Shown here piece after piece: positions 36,777 to 49,678 of a stretch of 64,000 bases of DNA (position 1 is the first letter of the stretch; every line of letters starts with the position of its first letter). Location: NCBI RefSeq assembly GCF_004010195.1, contig NC_057720.1:8424164-8488163 (forward strand). The letters are read 5' to 3'. The notes under the pieces were generated by a model, which saw nothing but the letters and a program-made list of their open reading frames with translations, was not told the DNA's origin and did no database searches. Both the position numbers and the translations under genes were made by a program. The DNA is from Chiloscyllium plagiosum (taxonomy: Eukaryota).

Positions 36777-37948
36777 ACATATATCAAGAAAACATATAAT
36801 CAACAAAGAGCCCACTCAACTCACTATTGCAGACTCACAGAAAGGCCACACTTATAACTATTCACTTATCTGGTTCTGTGCTGTGACCTCACCCAAACAG
36901 GTTCCTCCAAGATCAGTTGTGAACTTCACTGTTTGTTAGTTTTCCCAGATACACCTGATGTCCAGCAATACATGAATCCAAATAGCAAAGGCAGTAACTG
37001 CGCAGGTTCACTACTGTGTCAGTTAGCAGTGTGGGTTTCTCTTTCTGTCTCTCTCTCTCTCCTGCACTGACCTGATCATGTGCTGCCTTTGTCTGTCCTT
37101 CTCCCTTTTAAATATGCCATTGTTTTGACTTTTGTTTTCTCTCAAGTTCTAAAACAGTTCAACAGCATATAAAACAGTAATTGCTGCTCCTGGAATTTGA
37201 AGAAATCACCTCCAACACCTAAAATACCGTCGAAAAAAGGAGCAGCTGTTAAAGCCAGAATTTTTCCCATCCTCCATCTTGGATTACTACTCTAAGCCCT
37301 GACTTAGGTATCCTAGTGAGTTAAATTCCAAACGCTGCCATGGGTGAGATTTGAACTCATGATTCCCAACACATTAATCTGGCCTCTAGACTAGCCCAGT
37401 AACATTGCCACAAGGGGGCCATCTTACCAGTGTGACCTCTTTTACTTTATTTTGACAAAATAACTTAAAACAATTAACCTGAATCATTCCCCTTAAGGGA
37501 GACAGTAGCAAAGGGTAAAATCTGAAAGAATTCCCTGGGAGAGATGGTCACACATTAGTAATGTCACTGTATTGACAGTGCAAATGTCCAGGCCAATGCT
37601 TTGGCTGGGAATTCAAGTCTTACCAGGGCAGCTGCTGGAATTTTAAACAATGAATGAAATCTGGAGTTGGAAGCTAATCCCAGTCGTGGAGTTTGCACCA
37701 TTGGCAGTTGCTAATGTTGAAGGTTCTTGTGGTTCTGTGATAACGCTCCTCTCTCTGAGTGGGAAAATGTGGGGGTGAATCTGAAAGCCTGAACAGGTTG
37801 CCTCAAATCCAAAAGGAAATTTCAGAAGTTTAATCAGTATGCCATTTTTGTAGAACAATGGTGATGCAAACCAGCCCCTGAAGGTCCCAATGTTCACTGG
37901 ACAATTATTTTGAAGGTGGTAAGATGCATTTTCTAATTAACCTGCCAT

Positions 37949-38254
37949 GGATTAGATCCCCCACAATATGGGAACAGGGTCTTCAGCCCAACAAGTCCAC
38001 ACCAACCTTCCCAGACCCATTCACCAACCCAAGTATGCCCCTGACTAATGCATCTAACACTATGGGCAATTTGGCATGGCCAATTCACCTGACCTGCACA
38101 TCTTTGGACTGTGGGAGGAAACCCACGCAGGCATGGGGAGAATGTGCAAACTCCACACAGACAGTCATCTGTCAGGCAGGCAGACAGACAGACAGGCAGG
38201 ATCGAACCCAGGTCCCTGGTGCTGTGAGGCAGCAGTACTAGCCACTGTGCTGCC
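37949..38254 (-). mobile_element. HE1 SINE with internal (cagr)n expansion
   Basis: HE1 motifs; caggcaggcagacagacagacaggcagg near 38173-38200. Confidence 0.85.
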
Positions 38255-38469
38255 CTTTAATTGGTTTGGGAGTCTGGAGCATATGGGATTATGAAGTCAG
38301 GCCTCCTGGTGAAAAGATATGTACACTACCACTGTGCCACAAGAGTTCCCAACTATACTTAAGAATGATCTTACCCCCCTCCAAATTATCTGTGTTTCTA
38401 ATTAAAGAAATAATTCAAGAGCACAGGCCATTAAGGCAGCGCAATGACTTTAAAAAACATGGGACAGAT

Positions 38470-38810
38470 GGGACATTGTGGGTTTCACAGTCTCCCAGCA
38501 CTTATTGCCTTAACTTGGCTGTCTCATGATCAGAGTGGCTTGCCAGTGCCATTGCTGTGGTCAGTAATCACATGTAGGATAAACTAGGTTTTCATCGCTA
38601 AAGGGCATTGGTGAACCAGATGGTGTTTTATCACAGCAATTGTCAATGGTAACATGGTCATAATGAGGCGAGCTTTTAGCTCCAGATTTTTACTGAAAAC
38701 AAACTTCACCGTCTGCCATGGCAGGATTTGGACCAACACTCAGAGAACATTGGCGTGTGGTTCTGATTGGCTAGCTCACTCATGTTACCATCATGCCACT
38801 ACCTTCCCCA
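38470..38810 (-). mobile_element. Second long tRNA-derived SINE family (decayed)
   Basis: Reverse complement of 59548-59905; other copies at ~37540-37700 (+), 41800-41985 (-), 43440-43810 (-) and 48830-49280 (+). Confidence 0.65.
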
Positions 38811-39065
38811 AATGTATTTGCGATATTTCTTTCTACCCCAGCTTGCTCACTAATATTATTACACACTTCTGGAGAAAGTGAGACTTGAACCCAGACATCA
38901 TCTCTCAGAGGTTATTATCACCACATCAGAAGATCCCTTCAAATGTGCTCAAGATCCTGAATCAATCAATATCCTCCAGCTGTTAGCTAAAACCTTAATA
39001 CACAATTAGAATCACATAAAATGGATTGCTAGTTTAAAACTGTGACCACTCCATGGCATGTTTCG

Positions 39066-39300
39066 GTGGCATGATGGCTCAGTGCTTAGGAAGTCAGGTT
39101 TGATTCCACCCTCGAGTGACCACTGTGTGGAGTTTGCACGTTCTCCCCGTGTCTGTGTGTGTTTCTCCAGGTGCTCTGGCTTCCTCCCACAGGTCAAAGA
39201 TGTGCAGGTCAGGTGTCACAAGGTTAGGGTGGGAAGCTCTTTGGAGGATTGGTATGGACTCGATGGGCCAAATGGCCTGTTTCCATACTGGAGGAATTTC
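39066..39300 (+). mobile_element. HE1 SINE (internally deleted)
   Basis: ctgtgtggagtttgcacgttctccccgtgtctg...gggccaaatggcctgtttccatactg. Confidence 0.85.
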
Positions 39301-39847
39301 AATCAATGCAATGTCACGAGCTTGGATTTTCAATCCAGGATCAGGAATTCTGGTGGATGGATCAGATCCAGGCAGAGGCGCAGTGCTGGATTTCTGCCAC
39401 AAGCTCAATATTATTTTAATATTATATTCAAATAAAATGATTGAGCTGACGGCAAATTTGATCCCCAAATAGTTACAGAACTGGCTCTGGATTGCAATCT
39501 TCAGAGGGAGACCGCACCAGTGATCTTTGCTTACTGTTAATTTAATTCAGCAGAAGCACGATATTGTGGCTCCCTGCAATGCTGCTGGAAAATTTAAAAA
39601 TAACATTCTATCCTCATTGTGAGCATTGCTGGCATGGGCATTATATTTGCTGCCTTCCCTGATTGACCTCAAACTGAGTGGCCTTGTAACTCACATTGGC
39701 GTGGCCCTGGGGTCATAGGTACAAACTCTAATTTGCTGCTTTTCAAAAAAAAACACTGACAATTGCACCAGTTCACTTTGAAAACTTCCTTCTATCCCTC
39801 TGCAGATCACTAACAAGCATTTCGATGAGTTTACTGACACCAAATGA

Positions 39848-40124
39848 GGTGGCATCGTGGCTCTGTGGTTACCACTGCTGCCTCCCAGCACCAGGGACCC
39901 AGGTTCAATTCCAGCCTCAGGTGACTGTCTGTGTGGAGTTTGCACATTCTCCCTGTGTCTGTGTGGGTTTCCTCCCACAGTCCAAAGATGTGCAGTCCAG
40001 GTGGATTGGCCATGCTAAATTGCCCATAGTGTTAGATGCATTAGTCACAGGGAAATGGGTGGGTTACTCTTTGGAGGGTCAGTGTTGGGCTGAAGGGCCT
40101 GTTTCCACACTGTTAGGAATCTAA
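39848..40124 (+). mobile_element. HE1 SINE
   Basis: A/B boxes, V-domain and tail gggcctgtttccacactgttaggaatctaat. Confidence 0.9.
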
Positions 40125-40154
40125 TGTGGAAGTGGGTTACTCCCTAGCTTTGGC

Positions 40155-40612
40155 ATGGGGAGGTGATGGCCTAGTGGTGTTATCACTGGTCTGGAGACCC
40201 AAATAATCCAATAGAATTTGAACTCCATTTCAAATCTTCATCTTCATAACAAAATCACTGCACTGCCTCACAGTGAATGCAATGACCGATTGGGGTTTCT
40301 GCTGGACTGTTAATCCAGAGACCCAGGCATTGTTCTGGGCACCTGGGTTCAAAACACACAGCGGCAGAGGAACTTATGCAAAAAAAATTGGAATTAAAAG
40401 TCTGACAATGACACAACTGTCAAGGGAAAAACTCATCTGAGTTCATTAAAGTCTTTGAGGGAAGGAAGCTGCCATCCTTACCTGGTCTGGCCGACATATG
40501 ACTCCAGATCCACAATCAATATAGTCGACTGTTTACTGCCTCTGGACAATTAGGGATGAGCAATAAATACTGGGTTGGCTGAGCCAGTAATACCCACATC
40601 CTGTAAATGTAT
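40155..40612 (+). mobile_element. Second long tRNA-derived SINE family
   Basis: gggaggtgatggcctagtggtgttatc...ccatccttacctggtctggc...tagggatgagcaataaatactgg; similar to 59548-59905. Confidence 0.75.
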
Positions 40613-41597
40613 GACTGAAAGCAACAGCCCCCAAAAACAACACCATCTCCCTCATTTTGAAAATTCAACATAACCCAGAGGCGACAGAATGCATCCAGAG
40701 AACTATTTTTACAGTTTGGTGATATCTGACATCGGGCTATTGAAAGTCTAATGCTGTCCAATTCATTTTCATTAGAACAATTCCACCTCATGTCCAAGGG
40801 CTACGTAGAGAAGCAGAAGAACAATGCAGTAGTGTCTCTGTTGACCGTCATAAAACAATAATTCGATATGCACAACAGAATTCCTGGACTTGGTATCACT
40901 CATATACTTGCACTAATATCAAGCTAAACCATCGTGATGGATGTAAATGCATGACCGGAATGATCAATAAGTTAACTTGTCAACTTTGACAAGTGTACTG
41001 CCTGGATTTCAAAGGTGTGCAAATTTCATCCATTGATGTGGAACATCCATTGTCCACAGCTCAGGCTGGGCTGTTCAGGTCCAGGCAAGCAGGGTGTCCT
41101 CAGGTGGTGCAACTACAAAGCAGCACATCAATCTTTGCAAAGCAATCAGAAAAACTGTCTTCTTTGCCTGTACGTTTTACAGAATCGAGTCCATGTCTTC
41201 AATACAGAATCCAGGCTGAGCTTTCATTGCAACACCAAAAGCATGCACTTCTGCATTAATGAAAGCACTTTCCGGGATTGTTACCCAATATCATTTGATG
41301 CTCCGACAGTTGGCAAACAGATTGCTCAAAGAGGTAAAGTTTTAACAAGTGTCCAAGGCAGGTGTTTTATGTCTGGAGAAGGAATTTCACAGGTTGGACA
41401 CACTCAACGTGAAGGTATGGCCACTAGATCAAAATAAACTGAAAATGCACAAGAGACCAAAATTGGAGGAATAGAGTTTTTCCAAAAAAAAAGGACACAC
41501 TTTGTTTCAGCTTTTAATCTGTCAAAATGTGTTCATTTTCAGTAAGAATCGGAGATGATGACCTCATGGTCTTATCACTGAAGTGTTAATCCAGCAG

Positions 41598-41700
41598 GGT
41601 GTGTGTGTGTGTGTGAAAGAGACAGAGCATGTGTGTGTGAGAGAGAATGTGTGTGTGTGAGAGTGTGTGTTTGTGTTTGTGAGAGAGAGAGTGAGTGTGG
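41598..41700. repeat. Compound (GT)n/(GA)n microsatellite
   Basis: Direct inspection. Confidence 0.95.
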
Positions 41701-42904
41701 TGATGGGGAAGAATGCTGAAGACTGAGAAGCAATGACAGGGGAATGGTTTTCAATGCCAACTCCTTTCCTGATACTGCACCCCTGATGCTGGATCCCTTT
41801 ATTTAATTCATTCACAGGATGACAATATCACTGGCTGGGCTTGCATGTATTACCCATCCTTAATTGCCCTGAAGGGGGTTAGGAGTCAACTACATCACTG
41901 TGGGTCTGGAGTCACATGTGGGCCAGACCAGGTAAGGATGGCAGTTTCCTTCCCTAAAGGACATCAGTGAACCAGATGGGATTTTTCTATCTACTGCAAA
42001 AATCAATTTCATGTTGAACATGCTTTTAAAAACTTCCTTTCTTTCTTTTAAAGAGAATAAACTCTGTTTCTCCAGTCATGTACATGTTGTATTAAGTGAA
42101 TTTTGTGTGGCCTAGAGGATGCTGTTGTGAATGAAGAATACGGATATTAAAATGGATTTCTTGCTAAGTATCGCCTCAGTGCAATATGTAAGAAACGTCA
42201 ACCTTTATGTTTGTTTGATTATTCTCATAATGGTCAAATGGCAGTGACCATTTTCAATATGTGTTTTTTTTTGAATGAGGAAAATCATTATCTGATACCC
42301 AATACACTTCTTTCATTTGCTTGGCTGGTGGTTTAGAGATTATTACTATGCTGAGGACTGCAGTTCTAACTCTCAGTAGGGATTCAACTTATGTTACAGG
42401 TAATACCCAGAGAAAACACAAAGAAAGTTTGATATTTGCTCAAATCCCCCTTAATGATCCCTCAGAATTCAGTGAAATGCCAGCTTCTCTGTCCTTAGCT
42501 TGGAAAGGGTCAGAACAGCCATATGAGAGACGATTTGGTGTGTGGCTATAATTTGAGCAAAAAGAAACAATTTAAAATAATCGTACACACACCTGGGAGG
42601 GAGATGGAGGCCCAACAGAAGCATTGGACAGGCTCTCCAAGGAGCTGACAAAATATGACAACTTTTTTTTTCTTAAATGTAAGATCAATCACCAGTTTAG
42701 GCTTGTGGGTGCACAACCTTTGCAAAGTACAATGGGGAGATGTCAATGAAAACCTAATTGCATCCATCCCTTCACTGGTGATGGGCTGTTCACTGTGTGA
42801 CCTGAATGACTGACTTAACATTGAGGTTACACATTATTTCGCAGTGTGACTGTAGACTGTAATCTCTGAACCAGTCTAATTTCTGTAATTATGTCAGTGA
42901 AGTG

Positions 42905-43380
42905 GGTTTAAGGGTTTTTAGGTTGTCAAAACATGAGTCGCTGGAGTAGGATTTATAAGCATGATACCAGGAGAAAGAGGACAAATTTGTGAGTTTCGAG
43001 AAAAGAAGAAATGGAGAGTTGATCCAATAGGGGTCTTTAACAGTATGAGGAGGTGTGACAGGTTGAGATAAATACTTTTCTACTTATGGGGATGTCCACA
43101 GTTGGGAATAATTAAGATAATTAAATTAAATAATTAAATAATAAATGTCACAGATCTATTCTATGAGAAATTCAGGAAAAATCTCTTTACATGGAGTAGT
43201 TGAAATGCGAATCTTCCGAATACAATGGTTTGAGATGAAGGTTTTGATATATTTCAGGGGAAATAGATAAACATGATGCTGGGTGGTTGAGAGGGGCTGC
43301 TAACTGATAAAAATACAGAGCTGGTCTTGTGGAGCGAGTCACTTGTTTTTATAAAACTGTTTGTGTCTATGGATGTTAGG
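42905..43380 (+). mobile_element. Very old CR1 3' fragment
   Basis: gatttataagcatgataccagg...gagaaaagaagaaatggagagttgatccaataggggtctttaa. Confidence 0.55.
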
Positions 43381-43934
43381 CAATTTTTATTTTACCGGTC
43401 TTTTGAAATGAGTAATTGAAAGAAATTGGATACTTTTCTATTCTTCCATCATAGGGAACACTGGCAGGACTAGCACTTTGGTGCCCTTCCCTAATCATCT
43501 TTGAAATGAGTGGTTTGTTAGTGGCTACTTAAGAGGACAGTTACGGGTCAATCACATTACTGTGGATCTGAAGTCACATGTAGGCCAGACCAGGGTAAGA
43601 CAACACTGGTGCATAAAGGGCATCAGTGAACCAGATAAGCTTTCGACAACTATCAGTTATAGTTTTACAGGCCACCATTACAAAGATTTGCTTTCAATTT
43701 CAGATTTTATTACTCAAATTCAAGTTCATCCAACAGTTGGGAACCCATGTCCCTAAAGAAGTAGCCAAAGCCTTTGTATGATTAGTCAAGTAACATTTCA
43801 GCTGGAATGGTAACACCCATTTCATCTGAAGCTGCAGACAAATCACAGTCAGCATACACTGTGAGCAGTGGTACTGCTTCCAGGGTCGAGGTTGCTGGTT
43901 GCACAGCAAGACCAAAGTACTTGAGGAATGTCAA

Positions 43935-44125
43935 TGCTGAGGCAAAGTCATCACAGTCCCAGAGGACCATAGGGCTGCTCCCTCACTAGAGAGGGATGAT
44001 TATTGACACTCACCACTCTAGGGCCAGGATTGAGAAGGCAGGACACCAGTCCTTGTGTAGGAATTGAACCCATGCTTTTGGCATCACTCTGCATTGCAAA
44101 TCAGCCAACTGAGCTAACTGATCCT
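43935..44125 (-). mobile_element. Third short tRNA-derived SINE family
   Basis: Reverse strand cagttagctcagttggctg...gggttcaattcc...ccttctcaatcc...agcagccctatggtcctctgggact; other copies at 48880-49040 (+), 50375-50572 (-) and 63050-63272 (+). Confidence 0.7.
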
Positions 44126-45325
44126 CTAGGCTGGATTATATGTATAATAGCCACAGGGATGGAGGAGAGAATTAAAAATTGCTTTTCTTAAAAATGTACA
44201 TTTATATGTTTCTCAAAAAAAAGTCATAGAACTCCAGTGATTGTTCCTATATGGAAAGCTCCTCCACCATTTGTAGGGATCCATCGGTTTGACACCTACA
44301 GCATAATCCTGCAGGATGCAGAAATCCTGTTTTTTGACATTTATTGGTATGGAGCAGCAGTTTCTCATCACCCGACTTTTTACCCCGGAAGTAATAGGTT
44401 GGCAGGGTTGTGGGGGGAGACCATGGCACCTTCTTAAATCCAGCTCCAATATACCCTGTAAATGTTGGCTGTTGGAGAAACTTTGACCAGGGCACTGTGA
44501 GGGTTTCTCCTTTTTCAGATAGCAGGTCACGCAACGCCAGAAGGTGATGGGACCCAATGAACAACATCTCATTAAAACAACAATGCCTCTGACATTGTAA
44601 CACTGATAGGACATGGCAATAAAGCATCATCGATGGGTCTCTGCTATCAGAAAGACTCAATCAAATAAAATTAAACTGCGCTCTGCCCTGACAAAGCGCT
44701 GTTTGAGTATTGTGCTTTCCTAGAATCTGAGACATAATGCCTTCAACACATTGCAATGATGTATTGTCCATTTATCAGACCGACACTAGCCTGTCAGGTA
44801 TCTGAGAAATATTAAGGGAACAAAGCTTTTCAATGACACAGGTGAGATAACTCCCTTTAAGCCCTTTGAAGGCTACATAGGACTCCTGAACCAAAAAATA
44901 TAAATGAATCGAAAAAAAATGCCCTAGAAAGATGATTCAGAAAATCATGCAGCTGATGATGTGTTATGCATTATCTAGGAGGGAGAGAAATATTTTGCAG
45001 GCAGATTTTATCTAGAATATGTCAGCAGAACTGAGAGGAATTATAAATGAGCTTTACTCAACTCAGGAACATTTTTCAAAGTTTATTTCAATGTTCTGTC
45101 CAGATGTAACTGAGATGAGTGTGGGCCGAGAAATTGCAGATTAGATTCTTGGTAGAGGCTGAGCAGGCTGATTGGAGTGTGTCTGGCCGAGGGGCATTGT
45201 CACTTTAGTTCTGTTCTCTCATGGGATGTGTGTATCATTCACAAGGCCAGGACTTGTTTCCCATTTCCAACTGCCCCTTGGATGACCATTTTAGCCAGCA
45301 GTATAGTTGTGGGCTTGGCATTACA

Positions 45326-45428
45326 TGGAGATCAGATTGAAAATGTGTTGCTGGAAAAGCGCAGCAGGTCAGGCAGCATCCAGGGAACAGGAGAATCGAC
45401 GTTTCGGGCATAAGCCCTTCTTCAGGAG
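45326..45428 (-). mobile_element. PLE tail-only insertion (family A) with intact hammerhead core (45394-45428), abutting an HE1 5' piece (45432-45497, -)
   Basis: Reverse strand tc-CTGAAGA-a-gggc(ttat)gccc-GAAA-cGTC-gattctcctg. Confidence 0.85.
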
Positions 45429-46119
45429 GATCTGAATTGAACCTGGGTCTCTAGAGCTGTGAGGCAGCAGTGCCAACCACTGAGGCACTCTTCCACCCTT
45501 GGTCACCATTTATAGTCAATAGCTATGAATTGAATCCAATTTCCAGCAGCTGTTGTGGTATTAACTACATCAACAGTTCTATCTCATTCATGCTCCTGTC
45601 TCATTCTTCTAAACTATTACAGTCAATCCACCCACAGTATGCTATTTATATTTAGTGATGTGCAGCTCGATGATACCATCACAAGGTTGCTTCAGGGTCC
45701 AAATGTACTTACACAGCATTCCTTTCCAGACAGTTGTCAAGAGCAATTATTAACAGTAATGTAGATACTCAAAATGACTCAGATGACTCCTTTTCACATT
45801 TATTCTACATTTGTCGTTATTTCTTCACCTCATCCCATTTCTTTGACTTGTTTCATTTATTTCTGTAATGTGGAGCAGTTAAGTCTCTGAGGATGAATAT
45901 AATTGATGTTGTTGGTTGTTCTTTGCTGGCTTCCATTAGATCGGAGGTTTAATTGATCTGTTTGAAGGAAAGTTTGGTGCTGTAACTGCAAGAGTGATGA
46001 GAATTACAAAGTGCCTACACCGCTTCTGCCCAATCACGAGTATCAGAGTTTAGTGTTTGTTTTGCATATCTTTTGCTAGCCTGCAGGATTCTCCCATCTA
46101 TTCTTAGGACTCCGGGTCC

Positions 46120-46808
46120 CATCTGCTCTCACCATCAGGCCCTGCCACATCCTTAACCTCGAGTTTATCTTATCTTCTTCTGGCTGCTTTGGGTAAGGAA
46201 GGTGGCACGGAGAGGCAGCTGCCGTGGAGAAAGCGGTGTAGGTTTGGCTGTTCCTTGTGGCTGCATCCGAGTGGGCCCTATGACCAGGCAGTAGCTTAGA
46301 AGATGAAGTGGGTCCAGGCCTGGGATCCCAATGACCAGCCTGGGACTCCTTTTTGGCAGTTTCGGTGGTGGGGGCATTTTTTGTCAGCGTCGGCCTGTGA
46401 CTCCATGCGGCTTTTCTTCAGCATTACCAGGACCTGGCCCGGGATCCAAATGTAGGGGATAGGGAGGGCATGAGGAGGCAGGTGGGGGCAGTGGTGGGGC
46501 AAGTTGTGGATCCTTGAGCCCAAAGCCACGAAACTGTCTTAATTGTCTGTTTTCAATTTGTTTATTTTTGTTTTTATAGTGGAAGTGCTATTATACTGAA
46601 CTTCCTATTGCTTCATTTGTTTTCTAACTTATTACTGTGATTTTGAAGTCTGTAATACTGGACTTTTTATTTCTTTACCGTTCTATTCTTTTCCTAAGAA
46701 TTCGTACTCAAAAAATCTCTATCTACAGCCCTTAAGTGGTGACTTGTAAACTTTTCACTGTATTTATGAGTACATGTGACAATAAAGCTAATTCAATTCA
46801 ATTCAATT
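46120..46808 (+). mobile_element. Rex/Babar-tailed non-autonomous element
   Basis: GC-rich body and T-rich region; tail aaacttttcactgtatttatgagtacatgtgacaataaagct plus (aattc)n. Confidence 0.6.
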
Positions 46809-47019
46809 GCTCTGCCTCTTAACTGGAGACAGCAAATACCTTGGTTCAAGAGTGGGTGAGTCACAAGCTTAATGAGTATAGACTGAACTTACAGTAAATG
46901 ACCAGCAGCTTACAGCAGCATCTAACCATGGGTTGATAAATGTTGATAAATCTTTCACTAGTGTTATGATAATGAGTGCTCACCCAAAACATTAACATCA
47001 GTAAGAATAGTTTGTACAT

Positions 47020-47655
47020 TGACCTTTTGATTACAATCGCGGTGACAGATTTGGATAGAGGACACAAGTAGGAAAAAGGATTGATAGTGTTGACAAAATG
47101 GAAGGCTGCAGAAGGGATAGCAGAGTGGACAAAGGAGTGGCAGATATAATGCAATGTCAGAAAGTGCAAGCTTATGCACTTTGATAGGAAGAATAGAGGC
47201 ATAGACTATTTTTTAAACAGGAAAAAGCTTCAGAAATCTGAAGCACAAAGGGAATTGGGAGTTCTAGTTCAGGATTCTTTTAAGCTTAACATGCAGGTTC
47301 AGGCCTGAATATAGTGTACGTGGAGAAGGTTAGTAGGAGAGACCAGGACCGAGGGCACAGACTTGACGTGAAGGGATGACCTTTTAGAACTGAGATGAGG
47401 TGGAATTCCTTCAGTCAGAGGGTGGGGAACCTGTGGAACTCAGTGCTGATAAAGGCTGTGGAGGTCAAGTCATTGAGTGCATTAAAGACAGAGCTAGATT
47501 GATTAGTAATTATTGATTAATTAGTAAGGGGATCACAGGTTATAGGGAGAAGGCAGGGGTTGAGAAACACGTCATCCATGATCAAATGGAAGAGCAGACT
47601 TGATGGGCTGAATGGCCTAATTCTGCTCCTGTATCTTCAAGTTTTTATGGTCTAA
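47020..47655 (+). mobile_element. CR1 fragments (RT end plus 3' tail)
   Basis: gagtggacaaaggagtggcagatataatgcaatgtcagaaagtgcaagcttatgcactttg; tail gatgggctgaatggcctaattctgctcct. Confidence 0.8.
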
Positions 47656-49381
47656 TTGCTCATATTCTCTTTTCAGACCTGCCTCTGTGAATCCAATGTC
47701 TTCAACTTTCACTTCCCACTTCTGGCAATGGCAGCCTGGTCTTTTCATCCTCTCCCATCCATAACTACAACAGCCATTGAAGCAACAAAGCTCACTCATT
47801 TGCCAATAAAAATTTTTTCAAAGCACTAGTTAGACACAGAAAGCAATGACAAGGTGCGTCATTGGGACAAAGGGCAAAACAAAAACTGTCTTTGAGCTTC
47901 CAAGATCAAAGCAAGGAACAATGTTAAAGTTTAAGAATGCCTTTTATCTAACCTGAAATGGTAATGCCTAGTAATGTAATCGCAGACTCACATCCATAAA
48001 CATTTTATAGAACAATTTATAGTCAGTCTTTTAAAAGAGATACCTGCTTCATGTTGAATAGTTACAACCCTGTTAAAATGAACTGTAACCAAGTAATAGG
48101 CTGGCAAGAGGGACAAGGGGACTGCAATTCACAAATTAAGAAGAGACACAAAGACTAACAGTGGGGCTGATAATACGCGTGGAAATAAATCGGGGCTAAT
48201 TCATCTTCTCAACAGGAGGGCAATGTTCCGCAAAGTTTTTATGCATAAAACTGTCACCCTATGGCAAGAAACAGACTTGTCCTCACATTACTATAGTCTT
48301 GACGAGCCTTTTAAGCTAATAATTTCATCCGGCTCTTTGCAAGAAGAAAGGGAACATGTCTCCTATTGCTGCATTGCTTGTCGCTCTGATATCTATTAAC
48401 CTGCGGACTTTGTGGATCAGATTGTGGAGCCAATTACTGCTTTCACCCGCACTCCATGATCCTTAAATTGATAAATGGATTTATCATCTTTGCATGTTTC
48501 ATCACGTCAAAGGAGCCCACGGGATGGCAATTGGTGGATGAGTCTTTCAGCAAATCACATTAAAAAAGGACTTAGTTAATACAGAGAATAAGGCCATAAG
48601 ATATACGAGCAGAATTAGTCCATTTGGCCCATTGAGTCTGCTCTGCCACTTAATCATACCAGAGAAACAGGGAATTAACCTTCTGAGATTAATTTCTGCC
48701 CCAGTCGTTCTGTCTGGCCAAGGTCTAAAGTCAAACCAAACCATGTGCAACCACAAAGTCCCATTTGAGCTAAGTTCCTGACTTCATGTCCATTTCATAA
48801 CCAAAACTATCTCATCAAAAAGCAGGGACGTGATAGTGTGATATTGCTGGACCAGTATTCTTGAAGGAAGGATATCAGATAATTTGGACAGTTTGTTTGT
48901 GATGCAGAGTGAGCTGACAGTGTTGGTTCAATTCCTGCACTGGCTGAGATTACCATGAAGGACTCTCCTCCTCAACCCCTTCCCCTTTACCTCAGGTTAA
49001 ACCACCACTCGTCATGGGACCATGGCAACTTTACATTTACATTTTAGTAATCCAGGGGCTCTTGGTAATATTTGAGGTCATCGGTGTTAAATCCCTCCAC
49101 AGCAGCTGGTGAAATGTAAGTCAATTTTTAAAAAACTTGAAATACAAAGTCAGTCTTAGCAACGGTAAACTATCATCAATAGTTGTAAAGATATGTCCAG
49201 TTCACTAATAACTTCATGAAGGAAGACTCCCAATCTGAACTGGTCTACAAGTGACTCCAGGTACATATTAATGTTGTTCAACAGATGCTGTTGAAAGTGG
49301 TTTTGGGGAGTCGGTCTTTTCTTTAATTCTCACTCAGCACCTAATTAATGAGATAGCAAGGAAGGGACAAGTATCTCTACA

Positions 49382-49678
49382 GGGCGGCAGTGGCTCAGTG
49401 GTTAGCACTGCTGCCTCACAGCACCAGAGACTCAGGTTTCATTCCAGTGTTGGGCGACTGTCTGTGTGGGTTTCTTCCAGATGCTCCGGTTTCCTCTCAC
49501 AGTCCAAAGATGTGCAGGTTAGGTGGATTGGCCATACTAAATTGCTTATGTTGTTCAGAGATGTGTAAGTTAGCTGCATTAGTTAGGGGTAATGTTAGAG
49601 TAATACGGTAAGGGAATGGTCGGTGTGGACTTGTTAGACCAAATGACCTGTTTCCACACTGTAGGGATTCTATGATTC
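49382..49678 (+). mobile_element. HE1 SINE
   Basis: gggcggcagtggctcagtggttagcactgctgcctcacagc...cctgtttccacactgtagggattctatgattct. Confidence 0.9.

Larger units (their letters stand above)
32215..37290 (-). mobile_element. Near-full-length decayed CR1 (HER1-like) LINE: 5' UTR, SGNH-esterase-type ORF1, APE + RT ORF2
   Basis: ORF1 remnant IAIGDSPV*GTDRRFCG..CCFPGARIKDVSE (~35830-35960); APE NCIYFNARGL..DIIAIMETWL, YCRPPNS and GASDHNSI; RT 32813-33754 (YRPVSLTSVVGKLLE, QHGF, DFSKAF, KFAGD); caagatgg near the 5' end. Confidence 0.95.
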
